This document shows positions 1-11,612 of a stretch of DNA of 64,000 bases, one piece after another. How positions within the stretch are numbered: position 1 is the stretch's first letter; each line of letters begins with the position of its first letter. Both the position numbers and the translations under genes were made by a program. The notes below the pieces were generated by a model, which was not told the DNA's origin, did no database searches, and worked only from the letters and a program-made list of their open reading frames with translations. Source of the DNA: Felis catus (lineage: Eukaryota); contig NC_058369.1 of assembly GCF_018350175.1 (NCBI RefSeq), positions 11,162,001 to 11,226,000 of the forward strand, given 5' to 3'.

Positions 1-213
<213 letters not shown>

Positions 214-872
214 TTAAGTTCCTGAAAACGAAAAGCAGCCTTCAATAAATGTATTCTTTCAACTCATACTTACGGCGCGTATGCTACAAGCTAGAGGCCT
301 AGTAGAAATTCCCATGGAAGAAAACCCCTGCCCAAACAGAGCTCACGTTCTAGGGGGGGAGGCAGGCAACAAGCGAGAGGAGTACTTAACATATAAACTA
401 AGGCAGATGGCGCTATGGAGGAACGGGTCAGTCTACGAGGGTCCAGACCATGCGATTTTAAACCGAACATTCAGGGAACACTTCCCCGAAAGTGTGACCC
501 CGAAGCAAAGACCGAAAGGAGGTGATAATGTTTGCTGTTGTATTTATAATGACCGCGTTGGAACCTCTGGGTGACGAGGCCCAGGAATCCAACGTAAGAG
601 CCTCGTGTCATTAGGTTGCACCAGGCCATACTTTGGAAAATCCTGGGCAAAGGGATGTCCCACAACAGCATGGGAAAGGAAATGGGGACTAAAACATCAC
701 GCCAGCTCCTGACAAGCTCAGTTGGCCTGGGTGACTGGGCTCATCCCACATCCCCCCGCTCCAACATTCAAAGCCTCCCCTGACCTCAAGCTGAGCCCCC
801 CCCCCACCCCTAGCCAAGCTAACGACCTCTGAGGTCTCACCTGCTGGCACAGCCCACCCAAGACCACCTCAC

Positions 873-1067
873 CTGATAGTTGTGATCTGGCCCAGGTTGA
901 GCTCATAGTTGTTGACTTGGGCGATGAAGATGGCGGCCAGAGCCTCGTACAGGGCGGTCCCGTCCATGTTGACGGTGGCCCCCACAGGCAGCACAAACCT
1001 GGTGATGCGTCGGTCCACACCTAGGCCCTCCTCCAGGCAGCGGAAGGTGATGGGCAGCGTTGCAGAG
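873..1067 (-). CDS. SLC1A6: SLC1A6 exon 8 (195 nt): [13 protein letters not shown]...[10 protein letters not shown]...GQITTI
   Basis: Contains the TM7 NMDGT motif; acceptor CCCCTAG (AG at 1069-1068), donor GTGAGG at 872. Confidence 0.97.
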
Positions 1068-2253
1068 CTAGGGGAGAGAGCCCAGGAGACTGAGAACGGG
1101 GGGTGGCAGGGTGGGGGCTGGGGCCGCAACGAGTCGAAAGAGAGAGTCTGCTGAGAACACTAAGAGCCCAGATGGGAGCCAGAGCGAGGAGAGGCTGGCA
1201 GGCGTATAACATTTCAGAGACTGATAACTGCACAGGGAAGAGGGATTCCTCATGTTGCCAGAAGCACACAGCAATGGCAGTCCCCTAGGGTGAAGGTCTC
1301 TGGACCCGCTTAAAGCCAATAGCTTAAGGCTGATTACTAGGCACGTGTTTGTGTCACTAGTGCACTTTCCACTCCCAGGAAGGAGGGGATTAACAGTCTG
1401 CTGGCCTCCCACCCACACCCTCAAGGTTGAGAGAGAAGTATTACAGGGACCCCTAGTCCCCCACTCCTGTAGTTCACGGGGCACCCCAGCTACACTAACC
1501 CTCCTTGCCTCTCTCCCACCGCCCCTCAGGGGAGGAAGGGGGGGCCTAACTGATGGGGGAGTTTAGCTGAAGGAGCGGCCGTCTCATTTGGGAGTCTGTC
1601 TGTCCACAAAACACGAGCTCTGCCTGGTCAACCTGATGCCATGCAGTGAGAAGCCTGGACCCACAGAGAAGGCCTTTGGGGATCCAGCCCTGTGACGACC
1701 AGGTTGAGTTTAATCCTGGGCTGTGATGGCACCCATCCTGTTGGCCACGGACCAAATCTCCAGGCAGCATTGCGAGCAATAAAAATGGCACCATTCTTCC
1801 AGCTGGTTGGCCCTTGTGACACTTCTCAAACTATTTTGAATTTAGATGATGGGGAAAAGGGAAGTTCTTTACTAACCCCCTAAAACCACAAGAAAAGGAC
1901 AAGGAGGCCAAGAGAGCTCCCAGCCACCACCCCGAGGGGAAATGAAACTCTCTGAGCCAGAAAAATGACCGAGAACATGGAGCCCGTGGGAAGCTTGGTC
2001 TTAACCTCAAGACTGGCAGCTAGTTCTCCTCCACACACAACAGAGAAATAGACACGGAGGAAAAGAGGTCAGGAGAGCCAGTGCGGGAACAGAGATCAGC
2101 ACTGAGGTGTTGGTCGACCTGGAGACCTTCCAGAGCCGCTGACATTACCGCACAGCACAGACGAGGCTCAGTAGGGGGTGAAGGAGGGCAGGACTCGTAG
2201 GAGAGCAGGTGGACAACAGTGAACCTCACCAGGGGTGGGGGATTAGGCCGTAC

Positions 2254-2487
2254 CTGGAAGACGTGCCCATGGCAGTGATGAGGGCCTGCAGCACGCCCCC
2301 AATGAAGGGGAAGGGGTTCCGGTGGGTGATGAGGAAGTAGATGAGGGGCAGGACACCACCAGCATGGAGGAACAAGCCCACGATGACGGTCAGGGTGTAC
2401 ATGCCCAGCTGACCCCCCAGGACGGCCATGTCTTCCATCTCGAGGATCTTCCCAGCAATCAGGAACAGGATGCCCACGGGTGCGTAC
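2254..2487 (-). CDS. SLC1A6: SLC1A6 exon 7 (234 nt): [19 protein letters not shown]...ITAMGTSS
   Basis: Acceptor CCTAG, donor GTACGG; joins exon 8 to form the serine-rich HP1 motif GTSSSSATLP. Confidence 0.97.
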
Positions 2488-3848
2488 CTAGGCCAAGCCA
2501 GAGGCCTGTCAGAGCTCCCTCATGACTTCCCCTAAGGCTCCGAGCTGGCATTCCCAAGGCTTTGCCCATATAAGCCCCTGGGGCCAGGCAGTGCCCATGG
2601 TCCAGCACCCTACTCCACCCCAACCTTCCCCACACACTCACAAACAGGGAAGGGCCCCACAGGCACAGTCCACTTCCTCTTCCCACTCACCCAGAACTCA
2701 TGCCCACTACAGTGGGGAAAGGCTCCTACAACTCCACGCGATACAATCTTATGAGGTCTCTCTTACCTCCATTCCCATTCAAGTCCCTCCCCAAAGAATC
2801 ACCGCCCTTGGGACTCTCTCCCTAGACGTGGCCCAGACGGTCCCTATCGCTGGCCTTTGAACGCCCCTTATTCACCGCCTCCAACTCTTTTTGCGCTAAG
2901 TGGGTAACCTCTAGGCCCCTACTGCCTTTTCTGGAAGTGCATACTCCCACTCACTCACCAGCCCTGAGCTATTGCACCTGAATTTCCCATGGGCATCTCA
3001 AACCACGTGTCTTGTCAAATCATCTACTTATTCAACCTCTCTCCTGAGCACCCGCTCTGCTATGGTCACAAGGTCGCTACCCCTGTGGCACCCACATCCT
3101 GATGGGGAAACAGGCGGTACACATAGAAACGCCTAATTTAAAACTTCGGAGGGCGACCGCCGCAAAACAGAGCCCCTGAGTGGGGCTGTGGAAACATGCG
3201 TGATCAAGGAGGGGCTTCTCTAGAGATGCTGACATTCACGCAGAGGCCCGAGTGGTGAGGAGGGACACATCCACCCGCGCGGGAAGCATTGCAGGCACAG
3301 TGCAAAGACCCTGAGATTAGCATGAGCTGGAAGAAGTAAAGGAGTGGAGAGCAGACCGGTGCGGCTAGAGCAGCGAGTGAAAGAGAGGAGACAGAAGTGA
3401 GTTCATCGGGGGCTCACCTGTCCCCCCCCAGCTGGGCTCAGCTAGGCTCAGGGTGACAGCCGATGTGAAGGTGCAGAGTTGTCTCCCAGCCTAGACCTAC
3501 CTCTGTGTCTGCTCATGAACGCCCTTCCCAACCTCCCCATCTTCGTCCTTCCTCCTGATCCCCCAACAAAGTTCCTCACCTTCAGGTCAACTGCACAGGG
3601 CTTCTTTCCTTCTACCCTCAGCCACCCGGTACATCGGGATATTTGACCCAAACCTGCCAACGACACCACTTTAGATTTTTGGTTTCCAAAACTCAGTCTC
3701 GTTGGTCTTATTTATCCTTGACAAGCTCACCATCCACTGCTTTTCCAAGCTTTCACCTTGGCCTCTAGCCCCCTACACAGCTTTCTAGTTATTGGGGATG
3801 ATGTACAAAATCTTCTCCAGTTTGGGACCAGACAGTCTTGTCCACATC

Positions 3849-4048
3849 TTTTTTTTTTTTTTAAGTTTATTTTTGAGAGAGACAGAGAGAAGAGGGGAGG
3901 GGCAGAGAGAGGGAGAAAAAATTCCAAGCAGGCTCCGCGCTGTCAGCACAGAGCCCGACGCGGGACTTGAACCCACGAACTGTGAGATCACGACCTGAGT
4001 TGAAACCAAGAGTTGGACACTCAACCGGCTGAGCCACCCAGGCGCCCT
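3849..4048 (-). mobile_element. Can-SINE (SINEC) in SLC1A6 intron 6
   Basis: Reverse complement of GGGCGCCTGGGTGGCTCAG head, (CT)n linker, A-tail. Confidence 0.9.
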
Positions 4049-4981
4049 GGTCTTGTTAACATCTTTCATGGCCACTCCCAACTCACCTTGTGCTCCCACC
4101 TCCCTGAACTCTCTGCCATTCTCCAGACAATTCAGGTCCTTGCAGGCTTTGCATGTTCTCTCGTCTCTGCTTGAAGGGCCTCTTCCCCCTCCCTGTCCTA
4201 TTGGATTCCCACTTACCTTTCAAGACCCAACTAAGAAGTGACCTTTTCTATGACTCCCTCCTCAGCTTCCCAAGCAGAGTCCACTACCTATCTGTCCACT
4301 GGCTGCTCACTTCTCCACGTCCTCAACACCTTTTAAATGTCCCTTTACTCTAGAACCTTCCGCCTTGAATCACATTTATCTAGTATGTGGCTGTCTCCTC
4401 CAAGACTTCATGATTGAATTCAACGGATCTCCGTATTCCAGAGTTCAAGACCGAGTTAGCCTGGGAAAATGTCTGCTGAATGAGTGAAGGAATTGGTGAA
4501 GGAACAGACACATGTAAAGAATGAATGAATGCGTGCATGTATCGATTAAGGAATAATTAGCAAGGGGCTAAATGAGTTAGAAAAGGAGCAAATGAGACAC
4601 AAACGAAGGGGTGAGTGAATGAATGAGGGTGTTAAGCGAAGAGGTGAATGAATGCAGGGAATATGTGAGCCAGTCAATGGGAGGATAACAAATGCAGAGA
4701 TGAATGAGCAGGCCAAAGAATGAGCTCGAATGAATCGATGGTGCAGTGAGTCAATAAATGAACAAATCAATCAATGGTTTCATTAATGTGAAGATGAGTC
4801 CATGAGTGAATTTATAAGTGAACACATGAATGAGTCGATTCACCAATATGTATATAAATGATCTGGGTCAAAAGACCCCAATGGCCCCTTGAGCATCTGC
4901 CCCACCACCGGACTTCCCAGCCCCAGCTCCACCCTTCCCACGGGCCATCACCTGCCCACACTGTCACAGCCCAGCACTCAC

Positions 4982-5325
4982 CAGATAATGATGCCCACCA
5001 TCCTCATAATAGCCTCATTGAGGCTGTCGAAGAAATCCCGCAGGACCCGGCCCTTGTGTTTCATGCCACCGATGACCAGCCCAAAGGCCACAGAGAAGAC
5101 CACGAGGCCCAGGGCATTGATGCCATTGGCTGAGCCAGGCACAGGCACAGTCTCCTCGAAGCTCAGCACCTCCTGTAGGGTGCCCAAGGCCCATGTGACA
5201 TTTTCCAGGAGGCTGGTTCCGTTGTCCATCGAGGATGGGGGAGGCATGGCGGTGCCCGGCTCAGATCCATTCTCTGTCCTCACTATGGTCCTAGTTACCA
5301 ACCTCGTGCTGTACTGCGTCTTGAA
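4982..5325 (-). CDS. SLC1A6: SLC1A6 exon 6 (344 nt): FKTQYSTR...extracellular loop with NGS/NGT/NVT sequons...[13 protein letters not shown]
   Basis: Acceptor TTTCAG, donor GTGAGT; overlaps ORF 4978..5301; frame continuous with exons 5 and 7. Confidence 0.97.
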
Positions 5326-5829
5326 CTGAAATATGGAGAGATCGGGGCCAAAATCGATGCATCAGAACCTCCTGGAGAAATTTACCGGGAACACCAATTC
5401 CTGGTTGCCACACCCTGGAGAATCTTATTCAGTGGATCTGAGTGAGTAAACGAAGTACTTGACCAACGCGTAGAAGAATGAGTGAAGCAACACATGAATG
5501 GAGGAGTGAACGACCAACGCATAGATTCCGCATTTTTCAAAGCTCCCTGCTCCAACAGATTAGAAGGCCTCTCTCCTCAACCGTCTATGGTGAGACACAT
5601 TGGTTCCTCCTCCAGAACCATCCCCAGGAAGCTCATGGCCTAAGAGCTGGTCATCCCACCAATAGGAGATACATTCTCTCTCCCAGACTCTTCCAAAAGC
5701 CCCTGCCCATTGCTCTGTCAGGCACTTCTTCCCATCCCTCACTCGGGGACCATTCACTCAGCAGCAAGCCCCCTACCATCACTCCCACCCTCCAAACCTC
5801 CTTGAGCAAACTGTGTACTTCCTCCTGAC

Positions 5830-5872
5830 CTGTTTGAAGCAGGCCTCCACAAGGTTGGGTGGAAACATATTT
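5830..5872 (-). CDS. SLC1A6: SLC1A6 exon 5 (43 nt): NMFPPNLVEACFKQ
   Basis: Read by hand (absent from the ORF track); acceptor TGCAG, donor GTCAGG; conserved SLC1 RNMFPPNLVEACF motif. Confidence 0.96.
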
Positions 5873-6616
5873 CTGCAGAAAAACATCAGAGGAAGGGAGG
5901 TAGTTAGCAGCAGCACCAACAATAATAATGGCAGTCAACATGTGAATGCTTACTCTAGGCCAGGTACTGAGCTAAGTGACCTGTATGATCTAAACCCTAC
6001 AACCTCTAGAAGTGTCCCTTCTAGCACTATTGATGTCCCCATTTTATGCACAAAGAAACCAAAACCACAAAGACTTTACGGAAGGTGCCCAAAGCCACAC
6101 AGCTCCTGAGAGGTACAGATGGACCTCAAATCCAGGTCTCTCCAAGCCCTTCAGTGGGGAGGAGAAATCCCCTACCGAGCCACCTTGGGGATTTCAACTC
6201 ACACACACGTACCAGTGATGCCTCAAAAAACCCAGACAACGTGTGCGTTTCCCCCAAGTCAGGGACCAGGGAAGAACCATGGTGAGCCTTGATTCTGGCT
6301 GTCAAAATCTTGCCTCTCTAAGAGAATCATTCATCCCCCGATGGAGCTTGGGAACACCAGCCACCACCTGTTCTGAGCCTGTCTCAACATGCAGCTCTAG
6401 CCTCCGGAGCCTAAGGGCCAAAAGGTCATACCCTAGAAGTCACCGACTCTCAGAGCATTCGTGCAATGCTCCAGGGCAGAAAGCAGGTACCAAGAGACTA
6501 GGTTCAACTTGGGTGTTGCATTTCCAGGCTGAATCAGCCTGTTCCCTAGTCTCTCCTTGAGCACACTTTGTTGCATCTAGGCTTAGAGTGCCCATCAAAA
6601 TTAGAAAGGACGTCAC

Positions 6617-6821
6617 CTGACCAGGTCCATGAAGGCATCAGCTGTGGGGATGGTCTCAATGCGGCCCTCGCGGTGCAGCCCCTCCTTGGAGCCCTTCCCA
6701 GGGTGGATGATGGTGACCATGAGGATGCCAATGAAGACAGCAATGACCGTGGTCACCATGTAGTATACAGCTGCCCGCATCCCCATCCGGCCTGTTGCCT
6801 TGTTATCCAGGGACGCCATAC
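6617..6821 (-). CDS. SLC1A6: SLC1A6 exon 4 (205 nt): [14 protein letters not shown]...[10 protein letters not shown]
   Basis: Acceptor CTAG, donor GTGACG; inside ORF 6613..6993. Confidence 0.97.
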
Positions 6822-7707
6822 CTAGAGGACAGGGGGTGCCGCCCTGAGCAGCCCCGTCCACACCCCACCACCCACTCGCCCATCCATCAGCTCTACTCTC
6901 CTCATACCACCAGCTCAACAAGCATCCCACCAGGCATCTCCTTCTTCTGGGCCCCATGCCAGCACCCACCCCACCATCCTTCGACCCACTCATCTTTCTT
7001 CAACCCCCATTCCGTTTTCCGTGTACACCTTCCACCCCGTCCTTTATCCCAAACACCACATCACCAACCCTCCCTTTTCAACCCCCACCCCGGCCTCCAT
7101 TCATCCCTATGTTGTACCACGACTTCATTGTCATCCCACTCTTCATTCTGCTATTGACCCCAACATCGTACCTCCCTCCAACTCACCTCACTGTAAACTA
7201 CTTCCGAGAGATACATCTTTTGGTGCCCCATCCAAATGCCCTTTACCAGACTAATGCACCTGTCCTTCAGCTGCTGCGTCTGTTGGCTGCTAACAGTTTG
7301 TGCTGCCCCCCCCCCCTCTTGAGAGCTGCCCTCAGCAGAACAAAAGCTGCCTTGCCCAGAAACACCCCATGGAAGGTCTCAAGCCAAAGGCTGCCTGGAA
7401 CTGGGATTCAAAGGGCCAGCCCCTTTGACTCAGGCGGGGGCAGAGTTGAGAAGAACAATCCTGTAGCATTACTCCTATTCCACAGCTACCCGTGGGATAG
7501 GGCTGGGAGGCCAACCTTCTTCCGAACCCACATCTCTGCTGAGAGTCTTTCCCTGCCTCATCTTGCTTCCTTCACTTGCTCGTAGGTCTCTCTTGAATGC
7601 CATCCCTTGACCAATCGCTTGTGCAAAGATCCCCATCTTAGGCTCTGCTTCTGGGAAACCCAGCCCAAGAAAGCATTCTTCATGCCAACCTTCATGCCAA
7701 TCAAGTG

Positions 7708-7915
7708 TGGAGGTTGGCAATCAACCACTTAGGTTTGTTTTTGCAAATAAAGTTTTATTGGAACACAACCATGCCCACTTGATTACATAGGAATCCGCGG
7801 CTGCTCCCATACTACCTTAACAGAACTGGGTAGTTATGACAGAGATCATACGCACACCCCCCCATGCTGAAAATGTTCACTCTCTGGCCCTTTCCAAAAG
7901 AATTCGCATAGCCCA
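7708..7915. mobile_element. MER58A-like hAT-Charlie DNA transposon relic
   Basis: AAATAAAGTTTTATTGGAACACA...TCTGGCCCTTT resembles the recalled MER58 consensus. Confidence 0.65.
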
Positions 7916-8300
7916 TCCATATTGCTACCCCATCCCCCACCCACCATCCTGTCCCCTCCATCTCAAACACCTTTACCCGCATCCCACCCCTTGGCCATCC
8001 GTGCCGTACTCTCTTCCCTGGCTGCCCCCCTGAATGATGCTAAGCCCCTGGCGGGCTGGTATTCTACCTCCATGGAGAAGTCCGGTAAAGTTACTAAGTG
8101 GCATAGGTCACACTGGGTCTGGAACCTGAGTCTGACGAAGATCCGGGCTCTGGCCCAAGAACTCGGGGCTAGGTGCCGGCTTCGCGTTCCAGGCCCTGAG
8201 GTAGGGAGGTGATCTCATGCCTGGGGTAGCTTTGGCTCCAGGTTCGAGCTGGGACTGTCGGATGGGTCTTAGAAGCCACCACTGGCCTGGGCTCTCTCAC

Positions 8301-8438
8301 CTGTGACCAGGCTGGAGACAATGAGCGGCAGCACCAGCATCTGCAGCATCCTCATGAGAAGCTCTCCGGGGAAAGAGAAGTACTTGATCTGCCGGTAGGT
8401 AAGCTGGTACGGGCGCAGGGCAAAGGCCAGGCTGACCC
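8301..8438 (-). CDS. SLC1A6: SLC1A6 exon 3 (138 nt): [11 protein letters not shown]...[24 protein letters not shown]
   Basis: Acceptor TCCTAG, donor GTGAGA; SLC1 signature [18 protein letters not shown]. Confidence 0.97.
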
Positions 8439-8646
8439 CTAGGACCGAAAGAGGGCTCTGTGGAGTGGTTTGGGTCACTCAGCCCCATCTGTGTGAATGT
8501 GTCCTTATGGGGGGGGGGGGGGGGGCGGGGGGAACGCAGTGGGCGGCGGGATGCGCTCGCGTGGGTGACAACCGGTAGGTGGAGTGAAGATGTGTGCGGG
8601 CAGGAGATTTCCCCGGGGACCCCGCCCCCCCCCCAAGCCGGCTCAC

Positions 8647-8851
8647 CGATGACCACCGCGCTGACGGTCAGCAGGATGAAGGCGTTCCGGCGCAGGAAGC
8701 GCAGCACGTGCTCACGGGTCATGGTCTGCAGGCGCAGGCGCGTGCGCAGTGCCCTCTGCTGCAGACTTTCTTGCAGCCGCTGCAGCCAGCCCACCCGGCC
8801 CAGCCGCTGGCCACTCTCCCGCAGGAACAGGCTGTTCCCGTGGCTGCTCAT
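8647..8851 (-). CDS. SLC1A6: SLC1A6 first coding exon (exon 2): [30 protein letters not shown]...SAVVI; 7 nt of 5'UTR (8852-8858) follow the acceptor
   Basis: N-terminus recognised as EAAT4-specific; CAG|ATAGACG-ATG acceptor, donor GTGAGC at 8646. Confidence 0.97.
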
Positions 8852-9976
8852 CGTCTATCTGCCGGGGCCACAGGGGCCTTCCAGTGAGGGGCAGGACAGA
8901 GGGCGGCTGTAGGGAGAGGGGAAAGGGTGGAAGAAACCAGCGAGGGGTTCAGAGAGAATCCAGGCACCAGCGGAGGGCGGACGTCCACCTGCTGGGACTC
9001 GCCCATCCTGAGACACCTGAGAACACCGCCTGGGGCTCCAGGGTTACACCCCGGGGAGAAAGAGGTCCAGATCTCCTGAATCGCTCCCGGAGGACGTGGC
9101 TGAGGAGAGGCGGGGTGGGAGATCACAAGGTAATGGAGGTTTCTGCCACTCCCTGGCTCCAGAACCCTCCTTATTTCACACCATCAGGAGGAGGTGGAGG
9201 CTGCCCCAGCTCACAAACCAAACTAAAGAGCCTTTGCTGAGCGCCACGTGCATGCAGAGCCCTAGACAAGGCCCCTGGGGTTAGCCCCCCAAATTAATGT
9301 GGTTTCGTGTCTGGCCTGGAGGTGCGGACAAGTGGACCATCCACAATGACAAAACCATCAGGAGCCTGGCAAAAGTCAGTGCCCGACAAATGCAACTGGT
9401 CTGCATGAGTGTTCAGGTGGAGAAAGGAGCTGGAGGTGGTTCCTTAGGGAGGAAACGGTGACCTTGTCCCCAGGGGCTCTTCAGGACTCATCTTTGAAGG
9501 GGAATGTGATGTTCAGAGTTCTCTCTGGGGTGCCAGGCACTATTCCCAAAACCAGACTTCTGCGTCTTCTCTGTATCTGACCACTTCCCTATAACCTTAT
9601 TTGCTTACTGAAATAAATATAGCTCAAACGGAAGCTTTAGATCATTACTTGAAATGCAAATTATATTTTAACACACATTAAATGTGCATACAAAAATAAA
9701 AACCTGTCGATCCTCTTACCTACTAAATACAAGTTTAAGGCAGCTTGGAAACGTGACTCTTGTGGGCCAGAGGAACTTGTGCTTTTGTGGACTTCTTCCT
9801 CCATTAAAAAAAAGTAAAGTATTAAGTTGTATTTTACAACTGAATTGTTATAAAGGTGAGTATAGTGGTTGCACAACACTGAGAATGCCCAAGATGCCCC
9901 TGATGCCTCTTTAAAATGGTTGGGTTTCTGTTCTGTGAATTTCACCGAACATTATACTTTAAAATATTTTCTTTTA

Positions 9977-10695
9977 GGGGCGCCTGGGTGGTTCAGTCGG
10001 TTAAGCGTCCGACTTCGGCTCAGGTCACGATCTCACAGTTTGTGAGTTCAAGCCCCACATCCAGCTCTGTGCTGACAGCTCAGAGCCTGGAGCCTGCTTC
10101 AGATTCTGTGTCTCCCTCCCTCTCTGACCCTCCCCTGCTAACGGTGTCTCTTTCTGTCTCTCAACAATAAATACATCTTAAAAAAAATTTTTTTAATATT
10201 TTCTTTTACTAAGTGCAGTTCTTGGAGCGCCTGGGTGGCTCAGTCGGTTAGGTGTCCGACTTCAGCTTAGGTCATGATCTCACAGTCCGTGGGTTCGAGC
10301 CCCAAGTCAGGCTCTGTGCTGACAGCTCAGAGCCTGGAGCCTGCTTCGGATTCTGTGTCTCCCTCTCTCTCTGCCCCTCCCCCCGCTCACACTCTCTTTC
10401 TCTCTCTCCCTCTCTGTCTCAAAAATAAATAAAACATATTTTTATTTAAAAAAAATAAGTAGGGGTGTCTGGGTGGCTCAGTCGGTTGAGCGTCCAACTT
10501 AGGCTCAGGTCATGATCTCCCGGTTTGAGTTCGAGCCCCACGTCGGGCTCTGTGCCGGCAGCTCGGAGCCTGGAACCTGTTCCGGATTCTGTGTCTTCCT
10601 CTCTCTCTGTCCCTCCCTCACTCACACTCTGTCTCTGTCTCTCTCAAAAATAAATAAACATTAAAAAAAATTTTAATAAAAAATAAAATAAATAG
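9977..10695 (+). mobile_element. Three tandem SINEC copies (starts ~9977, ~10223, ~10462) in SLC1A6 intron 1
   Basis: Three A/B-box heads, each followed by (CT)n and an A-rich tail. Confidence 0.92.
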
Positions 10696-11111
10696 AAGCG
10701 TAGTTCTTTCTTCTGATTTTAAAAAAAGTGAAAACATCTCTGTGGGTCCTAAAAGTATCATGAGCCCTGGGCACTGGACCTACTATTTAGGAACAACAGG
10801 CAGCCTGGCTTACAATGATCTCACAGGGGAAAAAAAAAAAAGTGGCAGGTGCCCATATCCCAGGCATCCTGGGAATTCTGCTGTCCCTTTATATTCACTC
10901 CAGGGCAAAAGGCTGACCACCAGGGGTGGACGGCATTGCTGAGGCTCCCTTGGCTGCTGGCTCCCCTTTTGGTCTGGCCAGTGGGCAGGAGAATGGTGGT
11001 GGGAGGAGCATTTATTCTCCCTACCCCACCCCCGACACGCCCCTATTTGGCAGTGGCTGTGTTCCTCTGCCTCAAGCCACAGGTCCCATCAGACAATCCT
11101 TCATACCTGCA

Positions 11112-11612
11112 GGCCATTCGGACATCTTCTCTGAAAAAAAAATGCGTATTTAGTTCCTCTGTCCATGTTTTAGTCAGGTGGTTTTTGTTGCTGTTGTTAT
11201 TGTTGAGTTGCATGAGTTCTTTACAGATTTAGAGTGTTAGCCTCTTATCTGATACATGGTTTACAAAAAGTGTCTCCCATTCTGCACGCTGTCTTTCCAT
11301 TCTGTTGTTTCTTTTGCTGCGAAGAAGGTTTTTAGTTTGATGTGGTCCCTCTTGTTTATTTTGGCTTCCATTTATGCTTTTGGTGTTCTAGCCAAAACAA
11401 TCATTGCCAAGACCAATGTCACAGGGCTTCTTCCCTACCTCGTCTTCTAGGTATCGGGTCTTATGTTTAAGTCTTGGGCCCATTTCAAGTTACTTTTTCT
11501 GAGGAGTATAAAATAGGGGACCAATTTCATCGTTCTGTATGTGTTTGTCCAGTTTTCCCAGCACCTGTTGAAGAGACCATCCTTTTCCCCACTGGGTGTT
11601 CTTGGCTCCCTT
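11112..11612 (-). mobile_element. Old L1 ORF2 3' region fragment
   Basis: Minus-strand translation KDGLFNRCWENWTNTYRTMKL resembles L1 ORF2. Confidence 0.8.
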
